Positions 1-14,425 of a DNA stretch of 64,000 nucleotides are shown piece by piece (the stretch's first letter is position 1; every line of letters starts with the position of its first letter). The notes beneath the pieces are model-generated. The model was not told where the DNA came from and made no database searches. It saw only the letters and a program-made list of their open reading frames with translations. This DNA is from Octopus sinensis (taxonomy: Eukaryota), in NCBI RefSeq assembly GCF_006345805.1, contig NC_043006.1, forward strand, positions 53,568,001 through 53,632,000, read 5' to 3'. Both the position numbers and the translations under genes were made by a program.

Positions 1-1009
1 ACTCGCCCTTTGATAGTGAGGGGCATAGATGTTCCACATATATATCTAGGTTCACATTACCTTGTGATTCTGGGACTACATTATCCAGTTTGTCCAACAT
101 TTCTTTTTAAGATGGCAAGATGTGATAGGAGAAGAATTGAATGCCTGTTCTAGCAGATGTGAGTGACCACATAGTGGCTCCATCGCTTGTACTTATAGGA
201 GGAAGAGATGTTGCTTTTTCCATTTCTTATTCCTAGGATTACTATCCTCATCCATCACCTACCTACTCCACTTACTCTTCTTGTGTCTTTTATCATCCAC
301 ACCCATCCATTTCTCTATCCTATCTTTCCCTGTTTCACCCTTACACCACTCCCTTCCACCACACATTTCCTGTCTCCATCTCAAACATCTCTTCACACCT
401 GCCTTTCTCATCTCATACTATTTGCACCTATTTACCAACTCACATCTCTTCCTCCTCTATGCTCCCTCCCACAGCAGTTAGTAGTGGTGGTGGTGGAAGT
501 GGCGCTACTTTTCCCTCCCAATTTTCTGCCTTCCTACTTCTATCTCACCTGCACCCTTCTTCAATCACTTCAGCCCCACCCACAAAGCCATCAAAATACC
601 ATCTTTCTCCAGATTTTCCAAATTCATTTGAACTTATTACATTTTTTTTTCCATCCCTGGTTTTCCTCATCTCACTGTTTTACTTTCTTCTCTTGTCACA
701 CCCTCACCTTTTCACCCATGTATCACACATTCTCATGCCTTTGTACTTATCTATCTGTCCTAACCCAAAATAAACCTTCTGAGCTATCACTCACATCTGT
801 ACCCCTACCCCCAAAGTTTCAACATCTCTCATTCATGCAGATCTATACCCTCCTATCTTATTCCCCTGCTTACAAACCGCTTCACCTATCCACCCTTAAT
901 CCCACTGCATCCATTCAGCTTCACGCCCTCAACTCTTTCTACACCATTTTCCCCCTCTGAGAACTCATGTTCAAAAAGTCTGCATGTTCCGAATTCATCT
1001 GGCAATGTC

Positions 1010-1019
1010 ATTACCATCG

Positions 1020-1050
<31 letters not shown>

Positions 1051-1062
1051 CACCACTACTAT

Positions 1063-1094
<32 letters not shown>

Positions 1095-1240
1095 TCACTA
1101 TCATCATCATCATCACCGTCATCATCACCATGACCATCATCACTACCATCACATCATCACCATCACCACCACTATGATCATCATCACCATCATCATCATC
1201 ACCCATTATCATTATTATCACTAATCATCACTCATCACAA
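1010..1240. repeat. Compound (TAC/CAC/CAT)n microsatellite
   Basis: Directly visible. Confidence 0.95.
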
Positions 1241-1697
1241 CAATAGTCATCAGATGGAGAGATAGCAAAACACATTCAAAACGATAATCATTATGCTATA
1301 CTAGCACAGGTTGGAAAGGTCTTCAAATTCATCTGTTAGCACAAATTCCTGCACAAATTCATTACAGTACTTCACAAAATAGCAGAGTACCACACTGTAC
1401 AGTACACTATCACACTACCATACTATAAGGGTCTGTAACCACACTAAATGGTGCAGTAGTACAGTATATGGTACAGTACTGCACTAAATGGTATAAATAG
1501 TACACTATGTACCAGACAAAACAGAGAAGTATCATATTAAATGATATACTGCATTATATTCTTCATGGTACTTAACTCCTTCTCTCTTGGATTCTGCTAA
1601 GATTGACCTTACCATTTACCTCTTCATGTTTGATAAATTCAGTACCAGTAATGTATTTAGGTATATCAATGATTCAATGTTAGACTTTAGTAGATAC

Positions 1698-1990
1698 CAG
1701 TTAATTATAATGGTAGGAGACAGATAAATACCACCAGTTAAGTATATATGCTACTTGACTGGGTACCTGCTTATTTCATACTATGCGGTTAATTATAATG
1801 GTAAACCAATCACACAGTGGGAAACAGATAGGTACCAACAGTCAAATATATGTGGTACTTATCCAGTATCTGCCTATTTCCTACTATGTGGTTAATAATA
1901 ATAGTAAACCAATCACACAGTAGAAGACAGTTAAGTACCACTAGTCAAGAATATATGGTACATTTGTAACACAGAGAGTAGGTACCGGTC
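1698..1990. repeat. Degenerate minisatellite, about 90-100-bp units, roughly 3 copies
   Basis: gttaattataatggta / aaaccaatcacacagt motifs recur at about 1700, 1788 and 1890. Confidence 0.6.
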
Positions 1991-2399
1991 AGTCCACTCT
2001 AAATATTTTTCATAGCACTTGAGCAAAGTTCTGTGCAATGAAATCCCACAGAACCATGTACTTGCAAAGAAAACTTCTTAAAAATGTAACCATGCCTGTT
2101 GAGACTATAATTATGTGGTCAGATGTTGCCTGTATATATGACAGCTTGTAAATATAACACATTTTTCTACAAAATTTCATCTTCAATAGCAAATTCTTCC
2201 TTTCTAATTCCCTAAACCTACATTCCATTCATTCTTATATTAGAGGAATTTAATCTCCGCAATATAAAACATCAAATTAACTCTCTTTAATTTCCAATTT
2301 TACATTCCACTATTGAGTTATTCACCTTTCTTATCTTAACTCTTCAGCTGTTATCTAGGCAGAGGTGTTCGAGTCAACCTAGATATTACCACATAGATA

Positions 2400-2710
2400 T
2401 TATTTGTACACATGTATCATTCACAAGTGCACATCACTTATATACACATTACTCACAAGTGTATATATCATTCACAATCACATCAGTCACAAATATATCT
2501 AACTCATAAACACAAATTGCTCACAAAATGATATCACTCATAAAACAATCATTCACAAATGCATATAATTCACAATTACATATCACTCATAATCACATCA
2601 ATCACAATTATGTAAACTCATAAACACATACTGCTCCCAAAATAATATCACTCATAAAGCAAAATCACTCACAAATGCATATTATTCACAATTGCAAATC
2701 ACATGTGACA
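2400..2710. repeat. Degenerate atcactcacaaa-type tandem repeat with a higher-order ~114-bp duplication
   Basis: The aactcataaacaca... block recurs at about 2501 and 2615. Confidence 0.6.
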
Positions 2711-3077
2711 CAAAAATATCACTGTCAGGTGCAAGCACATCTGTGAGGTTAGAAAGTTTGTTTCTTAGCTAAGTCATTTCAGTTTCCGTCCTACTGCATA
2801 GTAAGTGTCTCATACAATAAACTTATGCTGGTTAATGCCACGTGACGGAATTTGGTAGATGAAAACTGGAAGAAGATCACTGTGTACAGTAAATTAATTA
2901 TAATTTTGTAATATAGTTATTATTATTATTGAGTGAGAGAGCAGTGCATGCAATCAAAGTGACACTGGGGTAAAATATACGAAGCCCAGTATACCCATCA
3001 TGACTACCCATCTGATAAGGGTACACCAGGCACATGCATCACAGCCATATGTGCGCAACATGGGGAACTCATATCAA

Positions 3078-3117
<40 letters not shown>

Positions 3118-3289
3118 TATTATTATTATTATTATCATTATTATTAAGGTGGCAAGCTGGCCAAATCATTAGCAAACAGAACAAAATGCTTATGTTCTGA
3201 GTTTAAATTCCAGCAAGGACAACTTTGCCTTTCATCCTTTTGAGGTTGATAAAATATGTACCAGTTGAACACTGGGGTCAATGAAATTC

Positions 3290-4600
3290 TGTGTCAGCAT
3301 TTCTTCTGATTCCTTACATTCTGAGTTCATGAAGATGATGAACAAGTGCATACCAAGAAAAAAAACCTCCCTGAGATCTCAAGGCAAACCAGGGTTAATG
3401 CCCTTCTCAAGCCAGATGAAGATCCAGTGTATGCAAAGAACTTTCATTCAATCTCTCTACCATGTCACCCATACAAACTATTTAAGCATCTGATTCTTAA
3501 CAGGCTTGTCCCTGCTGTTGAACCAGCCATCATTCTTCAACAAGAATACTGAGGATGAGTTTCAGGAAAAGATTGATAATAGGAGCCACATTTGATGATC
3601 CATCTGCAACATGTGCTATGTACCACCACCTCTTCCTGGAGTAGCAAAAGACTTGACACTATCAGACCTCATAAGGGCCCTCCTTCTTTGTTGTCATGAA
3701 CAACAAGCAACACCATTAGTGATGACAACAGAATTGATTACCCACCAGGGAGTGTACTGGGCTCAATACAATATAACATCTACATTAATGACCAGCCAAT
3801 GAGCAAGCAAACTGAGCAGGGTATCTACCCTGACAATCTCTATGTAACATCCCAAGAGAGTACATTTGAAGCAGTTGTAAACAAACCTCATCTCAGCACT
3901 AGTTGAACTACTATAATTATTACAAATGTAACCACCAAGATGTCAGCCCTGTAAAGACTCAAGTCTATTCATTCATTTCAGGAATCAGAAAACCAATCTA
4001 CCATTTAAACATTAAATGGTTTAGAACACCACTGAAGCATTGTGCCTGTGCTGTCTACCTTGAGCCTGCATTGAATAACACCTACCATCTGATCACTGGT
4101 TGCATAAAACCCACTAACACTACACAACCGGCACCTCCTCAATGGCACAACCCAGCTGATATTAGATGGGAAGTGGCCAGTTAAGTCAAGATGACAAAGG
4201 CTATTGGTGATAAGCATCATCTCTTCCATACATCAATCTCCAATCTAATGACTGAAATTAAGAAGTTTTCTCAACCAGGGTCCAGCCTCTGACATCTTGA
4301 GAAGAAACCAGACACCAACTCTGGATAGAAAAGCCTAAGAACAATCCTCCTCCAATTGAGATGGGAATCCCCTCTGCTGAAAACTGCTCTCTTGGCTCAG
4401 AAGCACCATGGAGTCAGTGGAAGGAATACACTCAACGACCTGAGAACAAGAATGGAATGATCAAAAGTTCTTTGGTCAGGTGGGGCTACAAGATCAGCCC
4501 AATCGTATGTGAATGTGGAGAAGCAAACCATGTGATGGAACAGATTTCAATAAAAATGCAAAGAACTGTGTAAAGAAATGTTATATAAATGTTATACTTC
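3290..4600 (+). mobile_element. Decayed non-LTR retrotransposon RT (not RTE-type)
   Basis: VNALLKPDEDP..AKNFHSISL.CHPYKLFKHLILNRL, a frameshifted QGSVL...NIY.NDQP, and ITGCIKPT. Confidence 0.75.
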
Positions 4601-5182
4601 AAAGAATCAAAAGAAGCGAGACATGTTTCTATAACCTGTTTAGGAGGTCAGTAACTCCAGATAATTACTGACTCAGATCATAACAAACTGTCCAACCTAT
4701 GCCAGTATGGAAAATAAACTTTAAATGACAATGATTATGATAACGGGGTTGAAGTGGTGATGAACAGGATGATTGTTTATCAATTATGACTGATGAAGCC
4801 TATGATCATAGATATTCCAGCCATAACCATCCCTCAAGAGGCACAGTGTGCATAGAACAACATTACCCAATATGGTTGGATGTTAGTTGCTGTTATTTCT
4901 TGCAGATTAAATGACCTTACAAAAAATCTCTAATTAACTTGTTTTGAATTAGTCAAAAGAAAGATGGTTCGTACCCATAATTGCAGATTGATGGAAAACA
5001 TTAATGCATTTAAGGTTCATTTGAGGATTGTAGTTGTGGGGCATAAGGACTTGGGAAAGTGTTCTGTGCAGGATTGAGGAAGTTAGACATAGTGAGGATG
5101 TAAGCTGAGGAGAGGCAGGTGGGTTAGAAAAGCCAGAGTTGAGAGGATATGCAGCTAACTAAATAAGAGGTGAAGCTATAAG

Positions 5183-5460
5183 TTATAGCAGTTGGAGAGG
5201 TAGCAAGGAATAAAACACATACGTCAGTGATTTAGGCTTTGATGTGTTACCAAGTGAATCATAAGCAATCAGTAGAAGAGCTTTCTTTTGGATGTTTTCT
5301 ATTCTGTTTGTGTATGTACATGCATGTGCAACTGTCTCACATGCAGATGGACAGTACTCCAATATAGGCCTAAGTTTGCATAACCTTAGCTTCTGTACAT
5401 GTTCAACTAACAAACGCCTAGTCTTAGTAGCAACAGCACTGATCATGGAGGGCATCAGAT
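5183..5460 (-). mobile_element. CR1/L2-type LINE C-terminal remnant
   Basis: RPILEYC...RIENIQKKALLLI motif. Confidence 0.65.
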
Positions 5461-6398
5461 AAGGTATTTACCTGACAGTCCATCACTATTTAAAAAATAT
5501 TGAAACAATTCTAAATTAAAAGTGATAGACACAGAGACATAGCATGGGTTTTTACCACCTTGCATAGTAGCTAAATTGACTGTCACTTTCCTAAAACATA
5601 ACATACCTTTGACTACAGCATATACCCATATATAAAGTGGCCACTCTGTATGATCCACACATCTTGCACACCCCACATTATGCCATTAGATAGCTGGGGT
5701 AGTGTGTGTACATACACCATGATACAAATGCAATATCCTTTTCTGCTCTAGGCACAAAGCCCAAAATTTGTGGGGTGGGGGCCAGTCAATTAGATCGACC
5801 CAGTACACAGCTGGTACTTGATTTATTGACCTTGAAAGGATGAAAGGCAAAGTAGACCGCAGCTGAATTTGAACTCAGAACGTTCAGACAGAAGAAATAC
5901 TACTAAGCATTTCACCCGGCATGCTAACGCTTCTGCTAGCTTGCTTGTCTTAATACAAATGCAATATTGTATCAAGAGGCACTCAGCACTGAAACACTGC
6001 TGGCCACTATATTTACCACTCAACATAGCCAAACACTTCACTCAACACAGCCAAAGAAATTCACTTAACACAGCCAACCACTTCTTATATGATTTTAATG
6101 CTACAACCACCTAATATCCACACTAAAATGCTTTAAATAGAACAACATGCATTTACACATACACAGACAACCATACATATATACATATGACCACACACAC
6201 ACAAACACACACACACACACACACACACATAGCTATACACATAAATACCAGCACACACACACAAAAATTCACTTAATTTCCCTCCTCCTCGCTCCTTTTA
6301 TTCCTTTATTTTCATCATCATCCCTGCCTCTCTCTCACATATTGAATCTTATATAAACTGCAGACAGTTGATCGTTGTTAACCTGTTTTTATTTTCAG

Positions 6399-6512
6399 GT
6401 TTGTTCTGTATAATCGGTCTGATTCTCTACCCAGCCGGGTGGGGCACAGAGAGGGTGAAGAAAATCTGTGGAGATTTGGCAAGTCCTTACAACATTGATA
6501 ACTGCAGCTTAG
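6399..6512 (+). CDS. LHFPL2: LHFPL2-like tetraspan membrane protein, penultimate coding exon ([39 protein letters not shown])
   Basis: ttttcag|GT acceptor and AG|gtaagt donor; 114 nt, phase 1 to phase 1; the [11 protein letters not shown]...PY....CSLG motif is characteristic of LHFPL proteins. Confidence 0.93.
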
Positions 6513-6679
6513 GTAAGTCTTGTGGATTGGAATGAGTTTCTTTCACATGAAAACCATATAGTGCATGCGTGTGTGTGTATGTGTGTCTGTGTGTGTGTGT
6601 CTGTGTATGTAAATGTGTAAGTGTGTGCACATGCACGTGTGTATGTGTTTGTGCACATGTGCGTATTGTTGTTGTTAGC

Positions 6680-6732
6680 ATGGTGGTAGTGGTGATGGTG
6701 GTGGTGGTGGTGGTGGTGGTGGTGTGGTGGTG

Positions 6733-6767
<35 letters not shown>

Positions 6768-6905
6768 GGTAATGGTGGTGGTGGTGGTGGTGGTGGTAGT
6801 GGTGGTAGTGGTGGTGGTGGTGGTAGTGGTGGTAGTGGTGGTGGTGGTGGTGGTGGTAGTGGTGGTGGTGGTGGTGGTGGTGTGGTGGTGGTGGTGGTGG
6901 TGGTA
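6680..6905. repeat. (GTG)n/(GTGGTC)n compound microsatellite
   Basis: Directly visible. Confidence 0.95.
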
Positions 6906-7000
6906 ATGGAATGGCAGAGATATTTAGAGTGGTGAACTACGCAACATGCTGTAATTAGTTAACATCTCTTTATATTCTGTCTGTGTGTCTGGCTCTCTGC

Positions 7001-7054
<54 letters not shown>

Positions 7055-7805
7055 GTCTATGTATGTATGTGTGTAATGATGTATATATGTCCATATCAGT
7101 GGTGCAGATATTACTGTCATTATTCTTATTAAGAAGTTTGCAAACATGCGGTTTGAGGTTCAGTCCCACAGCACAGCATCTTGGGCAAATGTTTTCTGCT
7201 ACAGCCCCAAGTCTTTGTGAATAAATTTAGTAGACAGAAACTGAAAAGAAGCTCATGATATACCTGCGTGTGTGTGTGTGTGTATATGTGTTTGTATGTG
7301 TTAGTGTGTGTTAGTGTATTAGTATGAGACCACAAGTGATTTATTTCAGAAAGACAGAGACAGACAAGTAGAAAGACAGGGAGCTGTGTGTGTGAGAGAG
7401 AGAGAGAAAGAGGAAGGAAGGAAGGAAAGAAGGACGGACAGATGACGTCACTGCCATCACCACCATCATCATCATCATCATTATACATTCACTTCACAAG
7501 TGCGTCACTTCTTATTCAGCATTATTATCCTTGCAGGTGTGATCAAGGGACCATGTTTTGCTCATACATTTCATTTACACATGGTTTCTATACACGTCAT
7601 CAAAACTGATGGAGGGTTCTTTCACAACTTCCAATTTCACATTTTATGATCCTGCACAATAAAAATTCCTAAACTTCTTATATGTAACGATTCCATACCA
7701 TAATTTTAACCTTTAGCATTTGAATTATTCTGCCAAATGTAAAGCTTATTTATTCATACTGTTTTGAAATCAAGTATTCTTTCATAGCTTTAAGATTTCA
7801 ATGAT

Positions 7806-8195
7806 GCAGGAGTGGCTGTGTGGTAAGTAGCTTGCTTACCAACCACAGGGTTCCAGGTTCAGTCCTACTGCTTGGCACCTTGCCTCAGGCCATCCATATA
7901 GCTTCAGGCCAACCAATAGCCTTGTGAGTGGATTTGGCAGGCAGAAACTGAAAGAACCCATCATATATATATATGTATATATGTGTATATATTTGTGTGT
8001 CTGTGTTTGTCCCCCCCAACATTGCTTGACAACCAATGCTGGTGCATTTACATCCCTGTAACTTAGTGGTTCCACAAAAGAGACTGATAGAATAAGAAAT
8101 AGGCTTACAATGAATAAGTCATGGGGTCGATTTGCTCAACTAAAGGCGGTGCTCCAGCATGGCCACAGTCAAATGATGTAAACAAGTAAAAGAAT
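7806..8195 (+). mobile_element. Abundant SINE family A (gtggctgtgtggtaag...ccttgggcaagtgtc)
   Basis: tRNA-like head, internal AT microsatellite, conserved 3' tail; many copies in the window. Confidence 0.85.
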
Positions 8196-8303
8196 ACAAG
8201 AATGCTACTGCCTATATTTAGAATGACATTGTAGGATAGGTGTGAGTGGCTAGCTCTGGCCAGATTGAATATAAAACACAAGGCATTTTTGGGCCATTTC
8301 TGG

Positions 8304-8646
8304 CAAATCGACCCCAGGACTTATCTTTGTAAGCCTAGTACTTATTCTATCAGTCTCTTTTGCCGAACCGCTAAGTTACAGGGACGTAAACACACCAGCA
8401 TCAGTTGTCAAGTGATGTTGGCGGGGGCAAACACAGACACACAAACATATACACACACACATACTTATATATATACATATATACGACGGGCTTCTTTCAG
8501 TTTCCGTCTACCAAATCCACTCACAAGGCTTTGGTTGGCCTGAGGCTATAGTTGAAGACACTTGCCCAAGGTGCCATGCAGTGGGACTGAACTCGGAACC
8601 ATGTGGTTGGTAAGCAAGCTTCTTACCACACAGCCTCTCCTACGCC
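8304..8646 (-). mobile_element. SINE family A, inverted copy
   Basis: Reverse complement of 7806-8195. Confidence 0.85.
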
Positions 8647-8710
8647 TGTTTATTTGTAATTACTGTATCTTCTCTTTGTCACTCTCTCTCTCTCTCTTTC
8701 TATCTTGCAG

Positions 8711-8853
8711 GTTGGGCTTTATATCTCAATATTGTCAGCATTTGCTTCATCTTCATCTGTTCCACGCTGTCCATCCAGGCCAACCACTCCATGAATCGAC
8801 AAAAAGTTCAAGAGGATATTCTCACTGGAAAGAGTCTCATCTGTATTGCATAA
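8711..8853 (+). CDS. LHFPL2: LHFPL2-like, last coding exon (GWALYLNIVSICFIFICSTLSIQANHSMNRQKVQEDILTGKSLICIA*)
   Basis: ttgcag|GT acceptor in phase with the previous exon; TAA at 8851-8853; C-terminus matches the LHFPL2 pattern GWA.Y....FIC...S.QA.....KVQE.I..GK.LIC. The first coding exon was not found in the window. Confidence 0.92.
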
Positions 8854-9832
8854 ACATTTCCATGTGCATACATTACATGCACATGCACGCACGCATGCTC
8901 ACACACACACACACACACACACTTATACACATGTATGTGTTTTACTACATACATATACATGGACATACATTAATACATACAAGCACACATTTGCCTAAAT
9001 ACACACCTTAAATACATACAAACAATACACATATGCATGTCCATACACAAACATGCATGCACAAACACACTCACACACACACAAACTCCCACAAGAATAA
9101 CACAAATCTGTATGTTTTGTGTGATACCTACAACAAACATTAACAAACACATTGGCTACAGTCTTTAACATTATAATAATAATAATAACAATAATAATAA
9201 TACTTTCCACAATAATTACATATATATATATTTTTTTGTTATTTGCCTCAATGGATGAGGGACAAGACACGATACTAAAAAAATTCAGAACAATGGAAAT
9301 TTTACATCAAAAGTTGGGAACAGATAACAATCCTACAGACATATAAAAAAATAAAATCAAATAATGTATACAAATATATATGCAATTGTTGGGTGTCACT
9401 CTTGCTGCTGTAGTGGTCAGCATTTATCACTGATCTTTGTCCTTAAATGCGATAGAATTGCGGTGTTGAATCCTGACCAGTCCTTGATGTTATTGAACTA
9501 AGATTCCTTTTTGTCTGCCTCCTCCTCCTCCTCCTCTTTCAGCTGTGCTCTAGAGAATATGTGACATATATACATATATATATATATTATTCATTAACAT
9601 GAATAGTGCTGATAGTGACTTTGAAGGTCTAGCCTGCAAAGCCATCATATCGGGCTGTCCAATGATGGTTTATCAGGCTGAAACTTCAAAATTAATGTTA
9701 ATGCTATTCTTGTTAAAGAATAATAAATATGTGTTTTACAAAATGTATTGAGTGGTGCTTCAGTTTAATGCAAAATTGTTTTTATTATAACTCAACATAA
9801 AAACAAACATTAATTTACATACATACATATAT

Positions 9833-9881
<49 letters not shown>

Positions 9882-12377
9882 ATGGTTTGTGTATACATGA
9901 TTAAATGCTTTAACAGTTACCATATGAAATATGTGTGTGTATGACAGACACCAAAGGTCAGTCGGCAAACCCCTCAATGTTTGGAGTACTCTGACAAGTC
10001 AGAACTGCAATACACAAACTGGACTTCCTCCTCATAGTAAAAATCCCACCTTTTTCACTATAGTTCTGTAATAGTAATAATAAAATTAAAATTTTGAAAA
10101 GGCATGGTTGATGAGATTTGTGTAGGGAGGAGCTATTTGCATTCTGATGTTCATTGTTTCTGATAAAGGCAAGTTAGTTGGTACCTCTCAGTTAAGCAGA
10201 AAAGCTTAAATAGGAAGTGTTTAGTGAAAGCAAATCCAAAAATGCGGTGCAGACTCTAGCAAGATGACTATGCTGTTAATAATAATAATAATAATATAAT
10301 AATAATAATAATAATATAATAACAATTGTTATTATTGTTTCCATTTCACTTCTCAGAGCTCTTCAATTCACTTGCTCTGGCTAATTCTTCAAGACCAGAC
10401 AACAACCTGTTGTTAAGGATCTCACGGGGTCTCTTTCCACACAATACTTAACATCCAAGTACCAATTTCAAAATCTTCACTGTCCTCAGTAAAGCAGTTT
10501 CCTGAACATGTTCTACCCTCATGTCAATCCCAATTTCTCCAACAATTTTCTCAAATCTGGTTGTTAATGTTCCCAGTGCCCCTACAACTACTGTAATGAT
10601 ACTTACTTTCTTCATCATCATTACGATTATTGTTATTATTATTATTATTATTATTATATTATTATTATTATTTCTGATTTTGATACAAGGTCAGCAATTT
10701 TGAGGGTGGGGTTTAGTCATTTCCTTCAATACCACTATTTGACTGGTACTTTATCTTATCAGCCCCAGATGGAATAATTAATTAACAAAACTATGATCCC
10801 ACCAATTATCATCTGGAACCTTAAGAACAATTACAAAAAAATTTTTGAAAATCTTGATCATAATCTGGGATTAGATGCAGTGCAGGACACCTGTTTACTA
10901 GTTTCAATAAGACTTATCTAAAAGTCCTCAGTGCAAAATAAGAAGAGCTATGAAGGGCAGGAATTTTTTTTTTTATACAGGCGGTATAAAATGCTCCATG
11001 GCTTAAAAGGATCTATAATAAAACTGGGCACAACATCAGTACCATATAGCAACAGAATAATGATAATAATAATAATATTAATAGTTTCTGGTTAGTAATT
11101 TTGAATGGGTATAGTTAGTTGATTCCATCAACCCCAATTCTAGACTGGTGCTTTCTAATATAGGCACATGACAAAAATTTATGGGAACGGAATGCAGTTA
11201 ACTGAATCACCTTGGTTTCAGAAGCACCAAAGCAAAGTTGATTTTGCTGGGATTTGAAGTCAGAAGATAATTAATTGATGTAAAACATTTTAATCTGCTT
11301 TTCTGCCTATTCTGCTACTAAACCAAACTTGTAAAATAAACAACTTAGATAAGTTTTAAAATAGAGGCTTGTTTTTATAATATTTTTATATCAAGATGTA
11401 ATTTTTTAATCCATTTTTTTCTCTTTTTATAATGTTTTGGAAGAGAGTGGGGAAGTCCATTTAAGTTTTAAACTATTTTTTTTTTACCTCTTCAAGTCTT
11501 TAAGCCTCCACATTGTATCTAAAGAGATTAAAATCTGTTCTACTTATTACGCTCCATGTATGTAAGTGCGTGTGCACATGTGATGTACACATATTCTCAG
11601 CCACAAATAAACTTACTTGTTTGTTAAAATAGTTCATCATCATCATCATCATCATCATCACCTCATCATCATCAGCCACTAAAGCAGCAGATTACATTAA
11701 AAGTGTAACTTGCTACAACTGCAGCTGCAACACTCCCACCACCACTACCATCATTACTGTTACTGCAGCAGAAGAAAGTAAAAATGTTGTTGTATGGTTG
11801 TTATTAGCTCTTATGTTTCTTTTTAAAAGCAACAATTGCAACACCAACATCATCATCATCATCGTCATCATTCTGCCACTGTTGATTTATAATAACCGCA
11901 AAATGAACGAGATTTGCACACAGACAGAAAGTCTGCTGCAATATATAATGCTACCACACCGTTAAACCCCAACCCTGTCCATTATCCCCAGCCATCATCA
12001 TCATAACCATCATCATAATCATCATCATAATCATCAACATCATCGACACCAGCATCTTCAAAATAGAATTTTTCAGAAGTTAACTTATTTACTTTGAAGG
12101 TAAAACAAACAACAAACAAAAAAAAATCTTTTAAATCTCTCAAAACTTCCACATATTGCTTTAATATCTGGTTGAGGATTAACATACCAACACGGTTTCT
12201 TATGCATACAATTGTACATCCCTTGGTTACACATGCAGATATATATGTGTGTCTGTACTTACTTATTCAGCCAAAGGAACAGAATGACAAACATACATGC
12301 ATAATTTTAAATACACATACACACTTGTGTACATTCAAACATTCATACATACACACAGACACATTTATAATATATAT

Positions 12378-12441
<64 letters not shown>

Positions 12442-12605
12442 TATATAATATGTATATATAAGAATATATACATACATATATTCATACACACACACACATA
12501 TATGGATATATACATACTTATATATATATATAAAATAACAAAGGTGACTAGATGCAATATAAAACCAAAAAGGAAAATACAATTGTCACTAATAGTATAT
12601 ATATA

Positions 12606-12979
12606 TGAGTGGCTGTATGGTAAGTGGCTTGCTTACGAACCACATGGTTCTGGGTTCAGTTCCACTGCGTGGCACCTTGAGTAAGTGTCTTCTACTATAG
12701 CCTTGTGACAGGATTTGGTAGACGGAAACTGAAAGAAGCCCATCGTATATATGTATATATATATGTGTGTGTGTGTGTTTGCGTGTCTGTGTTTGTCCCC
12801 CCCAACATTGCTTGACAACCAATGCTGGTGTGTTTACGTCCCCGTAACTTAGCGGTTTGGCAAAAGAGACCGATAGAATAAGTACTAGGCTTACAAGCTA
12901 TAAATCCTGGGGTCGATTTGCTCGACTAAAGGAGATGCTCCAGCATGGCCACAGTCAAATGACTGAAACAAGTAAAAGA

Positions 12980-12980
<1 letters not shown>
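12606..12980 (+). mobile_element. SINE family A
   Basis: Same head and tail sequence. Confidence 0.85.
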
Positions 12981-13040
<60 letters not shown>

Positions 13041-13042
13041 CG

Positions 13043-13075
<33 letters not shown>

Positions 13076-13364
13076 GTACACATCTGTGAATTCAGATTAT
13101 ATCTCAAGCCAATGGATAAGTCTCTATGTGGTCACTTGGCTTGCTAGAAATAGCAGCCAAATCTTTCTTAAATTACATTCTGCTGCCTCAAAAGTGGAAT
13201 GACACATTGGATAATATGATCCCAGATACACTGTATCTGAAAACAAAACAGTCTGTTCCATGAAAGTTGATGCTGAGCTAAACAGTAAGAACATATATAT
13301 ATCTGAACACAAAATGCACACACAGGGACATCCCAAAAGTAAATATTGTGATGAGTCACATGTT

Positions 13365-14150
13365 TTGCAATATTTTGGTAACTTATTTGCTTTACAACAA
13401 AAGCAGCCTAACATTCAAAGTTGAAGCCATTGTGTTGCACTGCCTGAAACCACCTTTTTACCCGTTCTTTGATCCCATGCCAGTACCAGTTCTTATCCTT
13501 CAAAGCGAAGAACTTCACTGAAGCTCCTACCTCCTCTTGATTGATGAAGCATCATAAGCATAGTAAGTGAGCCATGGATTACAGCAAATAATAATCCAAA
13601 GGAGCTAGGGCCGGACTGTATGCTGGGTATGGTATCAGTTTGATCCCTCAAGTTCCTGGAGTTTATTCCAGGTCGTTCAAGTTGTATGAGGTCATGTGTT
13701 GTCTTGCCATGGAAGAGTTCACTTTCTGCTAACCAATGTGAGATATTTTTACCACAAAATGACATAAATCCAAGAGATGCAAAGCTCACCTGATAGTCCC
13801 TTATTGTGACTTGGAGCATGGCCTTGGAAGCTGCAGATTTAGGCCTACCTGGCCATACCTGATCATCAACGTTTTTGCAAACCAAGTGAAATTTTTTGAA
13901 CTAGCTGGTTACTTTATTGTGAATAACTATGCCATCACATATTGCACCACAAATGTTTTTGATTGCTTCTGCAGCATTATGGTCTGGCTTGAACTCGTAA
14001 AGCATAAGTTCCAGAATTAGACTATGTTGCATGTTTATCTGTGCCGCTTTCAAATCACATACAGAGTGAAGCAATGCACAATATGTCAACACATCAACTA
14101 CCATGGTACTACCAACCTCAGCAGCTATCTTCTACAGCATGGAACTGCTT
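13365..14150 (-). mobile_element. Decayed mariner transposase N-terminal part
   Basis: LMLYEFKPDHNAAEAIKNIC and DDQVWPGRP correspond to the mariner HTH and SGRP region. Confidence 0.75.
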
Positions 14151-14165
14151 CAGTCACATGATATA

Positions 14166-14425
14166 ATAATAAATAAATGTACCCTTTTAAAGCCTAGCCA
14201 GGCTCATGGGCCCGGTTTTCTGGTTTCTATGGTGTATGTGCTTCCCAGCTGGATGGAACATCAGTCCATCGCAGCGTTACTCATTTTTGCCAGCTGAGTG
14301 GACTGGAGCAATGTGAAATGAAGTGTTTTGCTCAAGAACACAACGCGTCGCCCAGTCCAGGAATTGAAACCACAATCATACGATCATGGTGCTGACGCCC
14401 TAATCACTAAGCCACGCACCTCCAC
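14166..14425 (-). mobile_element. tRNA-derived SINE with 13-bp target-site duplication
   Basis: GTCACATGATATA at 14153-14165 and 14426-14438; same family as 60776-61035. Confidence 0.85.

Noticed and set aside
208-960. 250-aa ORF on +
   Set aside because: Arises from a C/T-skewed low-complexity tract (few stop codons); no recognisable domain. The same applies to 36186-36629.
886-1224. Poly-V/D and poly-Y/H ORFs
   Set aside because: Trinucleotide microsatellite translations.
8700-8850. Alternative - strand reading (ENILLNFLSIHG...NIEI*)
   Set aside because: Antisense shadow of the LHFPL2 last exon.
9490-9552. Possible terminal exon on - (AQLKEEEEEEADKKES*)
   Set aside because: Driven by a (CCT)n tract inside the probable LHFPL2 3' UTR; no partner exons.
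12094-12684. 196-aa ORF with IY repeats
   Set aside because: (AT)n microsatellite plus SINE sequence.
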